From NCBI GenBank assembly GCA_963769025.1, contig CAVYKI010000003.1, forward strand, positions 736,001 through 800,000: a stretch of DNA of 64,000 nucleotides, written 5' to 3'. Within the stretch, counting starts at the first letter, position 1. Every line of letters begins with the position of its first letter. Origin of the DNA: an uncultured Verrucomicrobiae bacterium (GTDB taxonomy: Bacteria > Verrucomicrobiota > Verrucomicrobiia > Chthoniobacterales > Chthoniobacteraceae). The notes under the pieces were generated by a model. The model was given only the letters and a program-made list of their open reading frames with translations, was not told where the DNA came from and did not search any database. This document shows, piece after piece, positions 9,402-18,927 of the stretch. The position numbers and the translations under genes were made by a program.

Positions 9402-10754
9402 TCACCCGAGGATGCCGGGGACCACGTTGCCCTTGAGATTCGTGAGCCGGTAGTCGCGGCCTCCGTGGCGGTAGGTGAGCTTTTCGTGATCCAGGCCGAG
9501 CAGATGGAGGATCGTCGCGTGCCAGTCGTGGATGTCCATTTTCCCGTCGGTGACGTCGTAGCCGTGCTCGTCGGTGGTGCCGTAAATGTGGCCCGGCTTC
9601 ACTCCGCCGCCCGCCATCCACATGCTGAACGAACTGACGTGATGATCGCGCCCGTCGCTGCCTTCCGCGTGCGGCGTGCGGCCGAATTCGCCGGACCAGA
9701 TCACCAGCGTGTCCTTGAGCAGCCCGCGCGCGTCGAGGTCCGTGAGAAGGCCGGCGATGGGCTTGTCCACCGACTTGCAGAGCGCCGGCATCCGCTGCGT
9801 GTGATTGAAATGCGTGTCCCAGTCGCCATGCGTCACCTCGACGAAACGCACGCCCGCCTCCACCATGCGGCGCGCGAGCAGGCACTTCCGCCCGCAATCG
9901 TCGGTCTCCGTCTCGCCGATGCCGTAGAGCTTCAGCGTCTCGGCAGTGTCCTTGGTCAGGTCCATCACCGCGGGCATCTCGCTTTGCATTTTGTACGCGA
10001 GCTCGAAGGACTCGATCGCGCCCTGCACCTGCGGGTCCGCGCCTTCGCGCGCGAGACGTGCGCGGTTGAACGACTGCAGGAGGTCCAGCTCCGCGCGTTG
10101 CGCGGCGGGCGGCAGAACGGGAGTGAGGTTCGGAATCACCGTGCCCGCGATCGGCTGGCCGTCCGTGCCGATGGGCGAGCCCTGATGGATGGCGGGCAGA
10201 AATGCGTTGCCGTAATTCAGCGGTCCGCCAAAGCACGACGGCGGCGTGATGGTGATGAAGCCGGGCAGGTTTTCGTTGAGCGAGCCGAGCCCGTAGTGCG
10301 TCCACGAGCCGAGCGAAGGCCGCGCGCCCTGCGTCACCCCGGTGTGCATTTTCAAATACGCCGGCGCGTGCGCCTGCAGATCCGTGACCAGCGAATGGAT
10401 CACGCACAGCTTGTCCGCGTGCGACGCCATGCCGGGCACCAGCTCGGACATCCAGTGCCCGCTCTGCCCGTGCTGCGCGAATTTCCAATCCGTGCCGCGC
10501 AGCGTCGTGCCGGGGCGCCGCCCGGGCTTGCCGGCGTCGGCGTTGAGCCGCGGCTTGTAGGAGATGGTGTCGAGGTGCGACGGCGCGCCTTTCATGCAGA
10601 GGAAAATGACGCGCCGCGCGCGGGCCGCGATCCGCGCGAGATTCCTCACCTCCGCCCCGCCTGCCAGCGCGGAAAATGCCAGCCAGCCGAAGCCGAGCGC
10701 GCCGGTGCGCAGCGATGCGCGTCGTGTGAGTGGACGGTCGAAAATCGTGCTCAT
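9402..10754 (-). CDS. DUF1501 family protein (Tat signal)
   Basis: LTRRASL; RVIFLCMKGAPSHLDT, RPSLGSW..YGLG, CLLARRMVEAGVRFV, WDTH, GEFGRTP, GRDH. Confidence 0.92.
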   Translation of the reverse strand: MSTIFDRPLTRRASLRTGALGFGWLAFSALAGGAEVRNLARIAARARRVIFLCMKGAPSHLDTISYKPRLNADAGKPGRRPGTTLRGTDWKFAQHGQSGHWMSELVPGMASHADKLCVIHSLVTDLQAHAPAYLKMHTGVTQGARPSLGSWTHYGLGSLNENLPGFITITPPSCFGGPLNYGNAFLPAIHQGSPIGTDGQPIAGTVIPNLTPVLPPAAQRAELDLLQSFNRARLAREGADPQVQGAIESFELAYKMQSEMPAVMDLTKDTAETLKLYGIGETETDDCGRKCLLARRMVEAGVRFVEVTHGDWDTHFNHTQRMPALCKSVDKPIAGLLTDLDARGLLKDTLVIWSGEFGRTPHAEGSDGRDHHVSSFSMWMAGGGVKPGHIYGTTDEHGYDVTDGKMDIHDWHATILHLLGLDHEKLTYRHGGRDYRLTNLKGNVVPGILG

Positions 10755-10758
10755 GGGT

Positions 10759-13353
10759 TTACAGAAAGCGAAACTCCGCGCTGCCGAAGAGCGCGCGGCA
10801 AAGTCCCGTCCACGCCGCAGTTTCATCAGTGGATTCGCGCGACTGGATGAACTGGCGTGCGGCCTCGGCCTCCTCCGCACGCGGCGGCCTGCCGAGGACG
10901 AGCATGCACGCGAGGCGGAAGCGCGCATCGAAGCCGGTGCCCGCCGCGCACACGCGCCGTGCGAGCAGCGACGACTGGCGCGCGACGAACCCGCTGTTCA
11001 TGAGGAAGAGCGCCTGCGCCGGGACGATCGTCGTTTCGCGCGCGCCGACCACCGCGCTGGCGTCCGCGCTGTTGAAAATCGCGAGGGTGGAATGCGGAAG
11101 GTCGCGCGCGACCGGCAGGTAAATGGAACGGAAGTCGCCCTCCGCCGTCGTCACCGCCTCCGCTTTCAAGACGGGGAAGCGCAGCCCGTCGATGGGGCCC
11201 TGGCCCGTCATCGCCAGCAGCGATCCGCGCCGCGGCGTGAGATCCAGCGTGCCGCTCGCGGCCAGCATCGCGTCGCGCAGGGACTCGGCGTCGAGGCTGC
11301 GGACGTTGGCGCGACGCAGCATCACGTTGTCGGGATCGATCAGCGAAGCCGCCGCTTCGGCGGGCGCGCCGCCGGGACCGTCCGCGCGCGCGAGCTGCCA
11401 GGCGCGGCTCAGCACGATTTCGCGCACGAGCTTTTTCACCGACCAGCCCTCCGCCACGAACCGCGTCGCGAGATGATCGAGCAACGCCGCGTGACTGGGA
11501 GCCGATCCCGTCCTTCCAAAATCATCCACGCTCGCGACCAGACCGCGGCCGAAGAGCCAGTGCCACGCGCGGTTCACAAAAACGCGCGCCGTGAGCGGGT
11601 TCGCCGGGGAGGCGATCCAGCGCGCCAGTTCCAGACGGCCGCTGCTGTTTGCCGGAATGGCGATATTCCTGCCGCCATTGAGAAACAGCGGCACGCCGCG
11701 CGCGACCGGATCCTGCTCCCGCGCGATCTGGCCGCGCGCGAAAAGCGGACTGTCGCCGACGGTGCGGAACGCCAGTTGCGGCGCGAAGGCGAACGAATGC
11801 GGCGGTGCCGGCGGCGCACCGGCCGGCGGCTTCTCGATCACGCCCATGAGGCGCGGCTTCAAGGCGCCGTTCGGGCGGAAGGCGCGGATATCCACCTCGA
11901 TCGCGCGGGCGCGGAAAAGCAGTTCCTCGAGCACGGTCCCGTCCTTCGTCATCATGCCCTGGCGCGGCGCACCGTCGCCGCTCGTGGCCATCGTCTCGAA
12001 AAAGGTCTTCATGATCGCCGTGTGCTCCGCGGTGAGCTGCGCGAGCTTTTCCGGCTCGATGCGGCGTTCGATCATCGGCAGGCCCAGCGAATCCGGCGCC
12101 TCGATGAACGCGGTGCCCATGCGCCCCTGCGCGCCGCCGGGCGTGCCAAAGCGCGTCTCGCTCGACAGGAAAATCCCCGCGAGGGCCGTGTAATCCTCCT
12201 GCGTCACGGGATCGGCGCGATGCTCGTGGCAGCGCGCGCACGCGATGGTGAGCCCGAGGAAGCCGCGCGACACCGCGTCGATCTGCTCGTCGGCCAGATC
12301 GACGGCAAACTGGGTGCTGTTCGTTTCGAGGAGTGATTTCGGGCCGATTGCCAGGAAGCCCGTGGCGACGAGATTCCGCGCTCGCTCGGCGACGCCGGTG
12401 TCCGGCAGCAGGTTGCCCGCGATCTGCTCGAGGATGAAGCGGTCAAACGGCTTGTCCTCCTGGAATGACTCGATCACGTAGTCGCGATACCGCCACGCCT
12501 CGGACTGGATGCCGTTCACATCGCGGCCGTTCGTCTCCGCGTAGCGCGCCACGTCCAGCCAATGCCGGCCCCACCGCTCGCCGTATTGGCGCGTGGCGAG
12601 CAATTCGTCCACCACCCGTTCCAGCGCGCGGGGATCGTCGGTCGTGGCAAAGGCGTCGATCTGCGCCGGGGTCGGCGGGAGCCCCGTGAGCGCGAAATGC
12701 ACACGCCGCAGCAAAAGATACCTGTCCGCATCGGCGGCGGGCTTGAGCTGCTTTTCCTCCAGCGACGCGAGGATGAAGCGGTCGATGTCCGTGCGCGGCC
12801 ACGCTGAGTCCTTCACCTGCGGCACCGGCGGCGCCTGCACGGGCTGAAAGGACCACCATGTGCGCGCCTCCTGCGACAGTTCCCTGGCGACGCGTTGCGA
12901 CGGACCGCCCGTGCGCGGATCGGGCGCACCCATCCGCACCCAGCGCTCGAAATCCGCGATCACCGCATCCGGCAGTTTCCCGCCCTTGTCCTTGGGCGGC
13001 ATCGACAGGTCGGGGTCTTCGTAACGGATGGCCTTGATCAGCGGGCTTTTCTCCGGATCGCCCGGAATGACCGCAGGCCCGTGCTCGCCGCCCCTGAGAA
13101 TTCCGTCCTTCGTGTCCAGCCGGAGGTCGCCCTTGATCTTGTTGCTCGGCGAATGGCAGCCGTAACATTTCTCGGCCAGCACGGGACGGATCTTTGCTTC
13201 AAAGAAGCGCACCTTTTCCGCCGCCGTCTCCTCGGCCCCTGCCGGGACGGCCGCAAGCACTCCCGCCAATGCGACCACGCAACAAATCCCTCGGCCCGAG
13301 CAGGGCTCAAATGGCCGGATCAATTTCCGCGAAAGCCAGCGGATCACGTTCAT
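10759..13353 (-). CDS. Planctomycete cytochrome c (PSCyt1) + DUF1549 + DUF1553 protein
   Basis: FFEAKIRPVLAEKCYGCH heme motif, WVRMGAPDP, WSFQP, YGERWGRHWLDVARYAE, CARCH, NPLTARVFVNRAW..LFGRGLV. Start uncertain (13353-13371). Confidence 0.9.
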   Translation of the reverse strand: MNVIRWLSRKLIRPFEPCSGRGICCVVALAGVLAAVPAGAEETAAEKVRFFEAKIRPVLAEKCYGCHSPSNKIKGDLRLDTKDGILRGGEHGPAVIPGDPEKSPLIKAIRYEDPDLSMPPKDKGGKLPDAVIADFERWVRMGAPDPRTGGPSQRVARELSQEARTWWSFQPVQAPPVPQVKDSAWPRTDIDRFILASLEEKQLKPAADADRYLLLRRVHFALTGLPPTPAQIDAFATTDDPRALERVVDELLATRQYGERWGRHWLDVARYAETNGRDVNGIQSEAWRYRDYVIESFQEDKPFDRFILEQIAGNLLPDTGVAERARNLVATGFLAIGPKSLLETNSTQFAVDLADEQIDAVSRGFLGLTIACARCHEHRADPVTQEDYTALAGIFLSSETRFGTPGGAQGRMGTAFIEAPDSLGLPMIERRIEPEKLAQLTAEHTAIMKTFFETMATSGDGAPRQGMMTKDGTVLEELLFRARAIEVDIRAFRPNGALKPRLMGVIEKPPAGAPPAPPHSFAFAPQLAFRTVGDSPLFARGQIAREQDPVARGVPLFLNGGRNIAIPANSSGRLELARWIASPANPLTARVFVNRAWHWLFGRGLVASVDDFGRTGSAPSHAALLDHLATRFVAEGWSVKKLVREIVLSRAWQLARADGPGGAPAEAAASLIDPDNVMLRRANVRSLDAESLRDAMLAASGTLDLTPRRGSLLAMTGQGPIDGLRFPVLKAEAVTTAEGDFRSIYLPVARDLPHSTLAIFNSADASAVVGARETTIVPAQALFLMNSGFVARQSSLLARRVCAAGTGFDARFRLACMLVLGRPPRAEEAEAARQFIQSRESTDETAAWTGLCRALFGSAEFRFL

Positions 13354-13386
13354 GAATGCCATCCAACGCATGTGCGCATGAAGTAT

Positions 13387-13419
13387 CTGCAACGAACTTG
13401 CTGCTGCAAGGAGTTTGCT
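13387..13419. promoter_or_regulatory. Tandem pair of GCAA-N5-TTGC palindromes in a divergent promoter region
   Basis: CTGCAACGAACTTGCT (13387-13402) and CTGCAAGGAGTTTGCT (13404-13419), 13/16 identical, period 17. Confidence 0.4.
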
Positions 13420-13484
13420 TTTTCCAATCGAACCAATCTCCCACTTGTCAGTGGGGGCAGGAAGCGCCAGCGTGGCGGAACACC

Positions 13485-16265
13485 ATGATGCCCGCGACCC
13501 GGTTCCGACCCATCCGTCATTCCCTGTGGATTCTTGCTGCCGTGGCCTTCGCCATCGTGCCCTCCGGCTGCGACAGGGCACCTGCCCCCGGCGGCGCGAG
13601 CCAGTCATCGGCCGGCTACACGCTGGTCCACCAGTTGATGGCGCGAAATACCGACTTGGTCGACATGCAGGGCAGGGTCGTCCATCGCTGGAAAAGCGAG
13701 AATGGGCTGGCGGGTGGCGCCCGGATGCTGCCGAACGGCGACCTCATCCGTTCCGTGCGGTTGGACAACAACCCCTTCACCATGTCCGCGCCCGGGATCA
13801 CCGGGATGGTCGAGCGGATCGACTGGAATGGGAAACGGGTGTGGGCGTTCGTCCATGCCGAAAAAAGGAAGATCATCCATCACGACGTGGAAGTCCTCCC
13901 GAACGGGAACTTCCTGCTGATCGGTGCGGAGCTGAAAACGGAGGAGGAACTTCTCGCCGCCGGCCGGGACCCAGCCCGGATGCGCGGCGACATCTTGGCG
14001 ATCGACTATCTCATCGAGGTCGCCCCCACGGGAGGCTACGGGGGCAAGATCGTGTGGCAATGGAACGCATGGGATCACCTCGTCCAGGATCACGATCCCG
14101 CGAAGAAGAATCACGGCGTGGTTGCCGACCATCCGGAACGGATCGACCTGAACTACATCGAAACCCCGACGCCCCTGACCGGCTCGCGCCTGCAGGCCCT
14201 CCAGTCGGTCGGCTATGTCGCCGGCGGAAAGAAGAACGCGGCGGAAGAGCCGCAGTCACCCGATTGGACGCACGCGAACTCGGTCTCCTATAACGCCGAG
14301 CGTGATCAGATCATGCTCACCATGCGGAATCTCGGCGAGATCTGGGTCATCGATCACAGCACGTCTACCGCGGAAGCGGCGGGGAAATCCGGGGGTCGCT
14401 ACGGCCGCGGAGGAGACCTGCTTTACCGCTGGGGGAACCCGCAGGCCTACCAGCGCGGAAAACCCGCCGACCAGAAGCTCTTCGGGCCGCACGATGCGCA
14501 TTGGATTCCCGCCGGCCTTCCCGGGGCGGGCAATGTGCTCATTTTCAACAACGGCGAAGGCCGCAGGGATGGCGAACATTCGGCCATCGAGGAAATCCAG
14601 ATTCCGGCCGCAGGCGACGGGAAGTTCAAGATCGATGCCGGCAAGCCCTACGGTCCGGATGCACCCGTGTGGCGCTACGTTTCCAAACCGAAGACCGCGT
14701 TCTATTCCTCGTTCCTTTCAGGGGCGCACCGGCTTCCCAATGGCAACACGCTCATCTGCTCCGGCATGCAGCGCAATGTCTTCGAAGTGGATCCGGCGGG
14801 CAATACCGTCTGGAGCTACCGCGTCGAAACGGATGGAGACCCCGCGGCTCAAGATCCGTCCCACATGCCTCCACCGCCGGCAGGACCCGGGATGCCTGGA
14901 GCGCCGGGTGGGGGTGGAGGCCCGCCGCCACCGCCGCTCATCACGATACTGGACATCAATGGCGATCGCTCCATTGACGCCGCCGAGACTGCGCAGGCTT
15001 CCACGCGCTTGAAGATGCTCGATCGAAATGGCGACGGTGTCCTGTCGCTTGAGGAATGTCTTCCGGCACCGGGCGGGCCGGGAGGACTGCTGGGCGGTCT
15101 CTTCGGAGGGCCACCGGGAGGACCGGAAGGCCCGTCAGGAGGCGATTCCGGACGGCCTCCGTTGCCGCCGATTTTTACGGCGTTCGACAAAAATGGCGAC
15201 GGCAAGATCGACGCTGCCGAGATCACCCAGGCACCGGCGAGTATGGCGAAACTCGACCGCAACGCGGACGCGAAAATCAGTTTCGAGGAATGTCTGCCCA
15301 TGGGAGGCCCCGGCGGCCCGGGAGGGCCGGGAGGGCCGATGGCAGCGCCCGGCGGTCTGGCCGATCCGCTGGGAGCCGGCGCCCTTGGCGATCCTCTTGG
15401 AGCCGGTGGTCCGGCAGGGCCCGACAGCGGGCCACCGCCGCCGCCGCTCATCACGATTTTGGATATCAACCGCGACGGGTTCATCGACGCCGCCGAAATC
15501 ACCCAGGCCGCCACGCGCGTGAAGATGCTCGATCGGAATGGCGACGGAGTGCTGGAAATCGGGGAATGCCTCCCGGCACCGGGTGGGCCGGGTGGGCCCG
15601 GAGGACTTGGAGGTCCGCAAGGGGATGATTCCGGACGCCCGCCGTTGCCGCCGATTTTTACCACGCTGGACAAAAATGGCGACGGTAAGATCGACGCGAC
15701 GGAAATGCCCCAGTCACCTGCGGGCTTGGCGAAGCTCGACCGCAACGGTGACGGAAAGATCAGTCTCGATGAGTGCCTGCCCATGGGAGGTCCGGGTGGC
15801 CCGGGCAGTCCCGGCGGTCCGTCCGGGCCAGGCAGTTCGCCACCGCTTCCTCCGATCATCACCATTTTCGACCCGGATCGGGCTGGCACGATACCCACGA
15901 CATCCATCGCGCGCGCCGCGGAGCTCTTGCCGAAACTCGACCGCAATGGCGACGGCAAGCTCACCACGGACGAATACCTGCCCGGCACCGGAAACCGTGA
16001 CAACGGCTCCCGACCCATGCCTCCAATTGTCACCGCACTGGACGCGGATGGCGACGGCTCCATCGATGCGAAAGAGGTGGCCGGCGCTCCGGCTGCGCTG
16101 GCAAAGCTCGATGCGAATGCCGACGGAAAGCTCAGTCGCGACGAATACCTGCCGGGTGCCCCGGACGGCGCGGTAGGCGCGCTTCATGGCGGCCTGTTCC
16201 GTGCCCAGCGTTTTCCGACGGACCACCCCGCCTTCAAAGGACGCACCCTCACCCCGCTTCCCTAG
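13485..16265 (+). CDS. Arylsulfotransferase (ASST)-family lipoprotein carrying six EF-hand pairs and Gly/Pro linkers
   Basis: Lipobox VPSGC; HHDVEVLPNGN, DWTHANSV, LTMRN, GDLLYRWGNP, PHDAHW, RLPNGNTLI; twelve DxNxDG-type loop positions (one degenerate). Confidence 0.88.
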   Translation: MMPATRFRPIRHSLWILAAVAFAIVPSGCDRAPAPGGASQSSAGYTLVHQLMARNTDLVDMQGRVVHRWKSENGLAGGARMLPNGDLIRSVRLDNNPFTMSAPGITGMVERIDWNGKRVWAFVHAEKRKIIHHDVEVLPNGNFLLIGAELKTEEELLAAGRDPARMRGDILAIDYLIEVAPTGGYGGKIVWQWNAWDHLVQDHDPAKKNHGVVADHPERIDLNYIETPTPLTGSRLQALQSVGYVAGGKKNAAEEPQSPDWTHANSVSYNAERDQIMLTMRNLGEIWVIDHSTSTAEAAGKSGGRYGRGGDLLYRWGNPQAYQRGKPADQKLFGPHDAHWIPAGLPGAGNVLIFNNGEGRRDGEHSAIEEIQIPAAGDGKFKIDAGKPYGPDAPVWRYVSKPKTAFYSSFLSGAHRLPNGNTLICSGMQRNVFEVDPAGNTVWSYRVETDGDPAAQDPSHMPPPPAGPGMPGAPGGGGGPPPPPLITILDINGDRSIDAAETAQASTRLKMLDRNGDGVLSLEECLPAPGGPGGLLGGLFGGPPGGPEGPSGGDSGRPPLPPIFTAFDKNGDGKIDAAEITQAPASMAKLDRNADAKISFEECLPMGGPGGPGGPGGPMAAPGGLADPLGAGALGDPLGAGGPAGPDSGPPPPPLITILDINRDGFIDAAEITQAATRVKMLDRNGDGVLEIGECLPAPGGPGGPGGLGGPQGDDSGRPPLPPIFTTLDKNGDGKIDATEMPQSPAGLAKLDRNGDGKISLDECLPMGGPGGPGSPGGPSGPGSSPPLPPIITIFDPDRAGTIPTTSIARAAELLPKLDRNGDGKLTTDEYLPGTGNRDNGSRPMPPIVTALDADGDGSIDAKEVAGAPAALAKLDANADGKLSRDEYLPGAPDGAVGALHGGLFRAQRFPTDHPAFKGRTLTPLP
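14922..16155 (+). repeat. Array of six EF-hand-pair units; units 1-2 duplicated as 3-4 (offset 510 nt at the start of the unit)
   Basis: CCGCCGCTCATCACGAT at 14931 and 15441; repeated PP.i...D.NGDG.ID..E......KLDRNGDG.....E.LP. Confidence 0.9.
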
Positions 16266-16390
16266 CGCCGGTGGCGACGCTCGCTCTGCCGCGCTTGGCG
16301 AAAGTGTTCCAGAGGCGCCCCGCTTGGTGACACCGTTCGCTGCTCCCCACGTCCAGATTCTCCGTTGTCCCTCTGAAAATTCCCGCGGAG

Positions 16391-16466
16391 TGGTGGATCG
16401 TGTCGGACTCGAACCGACAACCTAGTGATTAAGAGTCACTTGCTCTACCGATTGAGCTAACGATCC
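16391..16466 (-). tRNA. tRNA-Lys (anticodon CTT)
   Basis: GGATCGTTAGCTCAATCGGTAGAGCA-AGTGA-CTCTTAA-TCACT-AGGTTGTCGGTTCGAGTCCGACACGATCCACCA; 76 nt cloverleaf, TTCGA T-loop, encoded CCA. Confidence 0.97.
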
Positions 16467-16485
16467 TTGGTGAACGAGGGCCGGG

Positions 16486-16513
16486 AAGTTATGCGTCCAC
16501 GGCGGCGGCTCAA
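16486..16513 (-). promoter_or_regulatory. Candidate housekeeping-sigma promoter of tRNA-Lys
   Basis: TTGAGC-N16-TAACTT followed by a GC-rich discriminator CCCGGCCC. Confidence 0.45.
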
Positions 16514-16554
16514 GTTCTTTTTTCCGCGGATGAAAATGAGGAGCGATTTTTTCC

Positions 16555-18792
16555 TCAGAGCAGATGCTGCGCGTCCACGTCCACGGTGACGAAGACGTCC
16601 TCGGGGAACGTGAGCTTGTCGAGGACGTCGCGGAGGGCGCGGCTGAGTTTCAGGATGGCGCGCGTGCGCAGCATGAGGTGGAAGCGGTAGTTGCCGTGCG
16701 ATTTTTCCAGCGGCGCCGGCGCGGGCTCGCCGAGCGTCGTGCCGGGCGGGAGCGTCGTCCTTGAGCCGGCGGTGCAGCGTCTCGGTGGAAAATCGCGCGC
16801 GCTCCTGATGCGGCGAGCGCACGGTGATGAGGACGAAATGCGTGAACGGCGGGTAGTTCCACTGTCGCCGGAACTCGATCTCCTGCTCCCAGAAGCCCTC
16901 GAAGTCGTGATGCCGCGCGAACTGGATCGCGGGGTGAAACGGCGTGAAGCTCTGCACGAAGACCTCGCCCTCGACATCGCCGCGGCCCGCGCGCCCGGCG
17001 ACCTGCGTGAGGAGCTGGAAGGTGCGCTCGCCCGCGCGGAAATCCGGCAGGTGCAGCCCGAGGTCGGCGTTGACGATGCCGACGAGCGTGACGTTGGGAA
17101 AGTGCAGCCCTTTCGCGATCATCTGCGTGCCGACGAGGATGTCGATCTTGCCGGTGCGAAAGGCGCCGAGCGTGTCGCGGTAGGCGTTCGCGCCGCTGCA
17201 TCACGTCGGCGTCCATGCGCTTCACGACGGCCTTCGGGAAAAATTTCGCCACGGCGTCCTCGACCTTCTCGTGCCGGTGCCGGTGTATTTGATGCCGGGA
17301 TCCTTGCACTCGGGGCACTTCGTCGGCGCGACGGCGTGGTGGCCGCAGATGTGGCAGACGACGCGGCTCGCCGCGCGGTGAAAGGTGAGCGCGACGGAGC
17401 AGTTCGGGCATTCGCAGACGTAGCCGCACTTTCGCGCAGATGCAGCGAGGTGCGAGAAGCCGCGGCGGTTGAGGAAAAGGATCGTCTGCTCCTTTTTCTC
17501 GAGCCGCGTCGTTGATCGCGGTGATGAGCCGCTCGCTGAGGATCGGCGCCGATTTTTTTGCGACTCCATCCGCATGTCCACGATGCGGATGAACGGCATC
17601 TTCTTGTCGTCCACGCGCAGCGTCAGGCGGAGCAGTTCGTACTTGCCGGCTGACGGCGTTGTGGTAGCTCTCCAGCGAAGGCGTGGCGCTGCCGAGCAGC
17701 ACCGCGCATTTCTCCATGTGGCCGCGGAGCACGGCGAGGTCGCGCCCGTGGTAGCGCGGCGTCTCCTCCTGCTTGTAGGTGTTCTCGTGCTCCTCATCGA
17801 CGACGATGAGGCCGAGCTTTGCGCACGGCGCAAAGATCGCCGAGCGCGCACCGATGACGATGCGCGCGCGGCCGCTGCGGATCTTGTGCCATTCGTCGTG
17901 GCGCTCGCCTTCGCTGAGGTGCAGTGCAGCACGGCGACCTCGTGCTGCGTCGCGGCGAAGCGCGACTTGAAACGCTCGACGGTCTGCGGCGTGAGCGAGA
18001 TTTCCGGCACGAGCATGATCGCGCGTCTGCGCCGCGCTCGAGCACGAGCTGGATCGCCTGGAGATAAATCTCCGTCTTGCCGCTGCCGGTCACGCCGTGG
18101 AGCAGCAGCGGCTTCGGCGCGGGGTCGGAGCCGTTCGCCGCGATTGCGGATTGCACACGCGCGAAGACGACGGCCTGCTCCGCGTTCAGTTCGAGCTTCG
18201 CGTTCGGGACGAAGGTTTCCGTGCCATGCGGATCGCGCTCCACCGTCTCCGGTTCGACGGTGAGGATGCCCTTTTTTGCGAGCGCCTTGATCGTCTGCGG
18301 CGCGACGGAACACTGCTCCGACAGAGCGGCGACGGCGATCGGACCTTGCGCCGCGCGCAGCGCGGCGACGACCTCCGCCTGATTCGGCGCGCGTTTGCGG
18401 ATCGTTTCGATTTCCTCATCGGAAACCTCGCGAGCGAGCCGAGCGACGAGCCGCTTCTTGTGCTGGATTTCCGCCTTGCGAATCACGCTGGGGAGCACGG
18501 TTCTCAGCGCGGCCTCCAGCGGGCAGCAGTAGTAGTTTGCCACCCATTCAGCGAGGCGGATGAGCTGCGGACTGAGCGCAGGCTCGTCGCTCACGAGCTC
18601 GGAAATCAGCCGCACTCCATCGGCCCCGGTCGTGTCCGAAATCCCGACGATCGTGCCGAGCATCACCCGCGTGCGCACCGGGACGCGCACGCGGCAGCCG
18701 ACGCCGGCCGTGTCCGCCATCGCCGCCGGGATTTCGTAGTCGAACGCACGCCCGCCGGAGTCATCGACGAGGACGAGGGCGTATTTGGGCAT
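16555..18792 (-). CDS. priA: Primosomal protein N' (PriA); at least eight frameshifts in the 3' two-thirds, probably consensus errors
   Basis: [52 protein letters not shown] Zn motifs, [22 protein letters not shown] spread across alternating frames. Confidence 0.93.
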
Positions 18793-18927
18793 GACGTGAG
18801 AATGCAGACCGAGGCGGCTTTGTCCAAGGCGGAGCAAGCAACGCTTGCGCGCAGTGCCCACTGCCCGGCTGCAAAACCCGGCGCATAATTCTGGCATTCC
18901 GCGCCGACGCGCCTCTAATCGCCGACC

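Noticed and set aside
10564..12336. Long antisense or alternate-frame ORFs (also 2567-4564, 31383-33011, 33435-34910, 44091-46241)
   Set aside because: Arg/Ala/Pro-rich shadows of real genes, expected from GC3 bias, with no motifs
14922..16155. Possible CRISPR array or collagen-like repeat
   Set aside because: Repeats are in-frame coding EF-hand units; the GGP linkers are short and irregular; no cas genes or constant repeat-spacer pattern
16265..16391. Prophage or integrative element at tRNA-Lys
   Set aside because: No integrase, phage genes or duplicated tRNA 3' end in the window
16555..18792. Programmed frameshifting or true pseudogene status for priA, amtB, glnK and htpG
   Set aside because: Too many shifts, no slippery sites, and otherwise intact conserved motifs; best explained as consensus error
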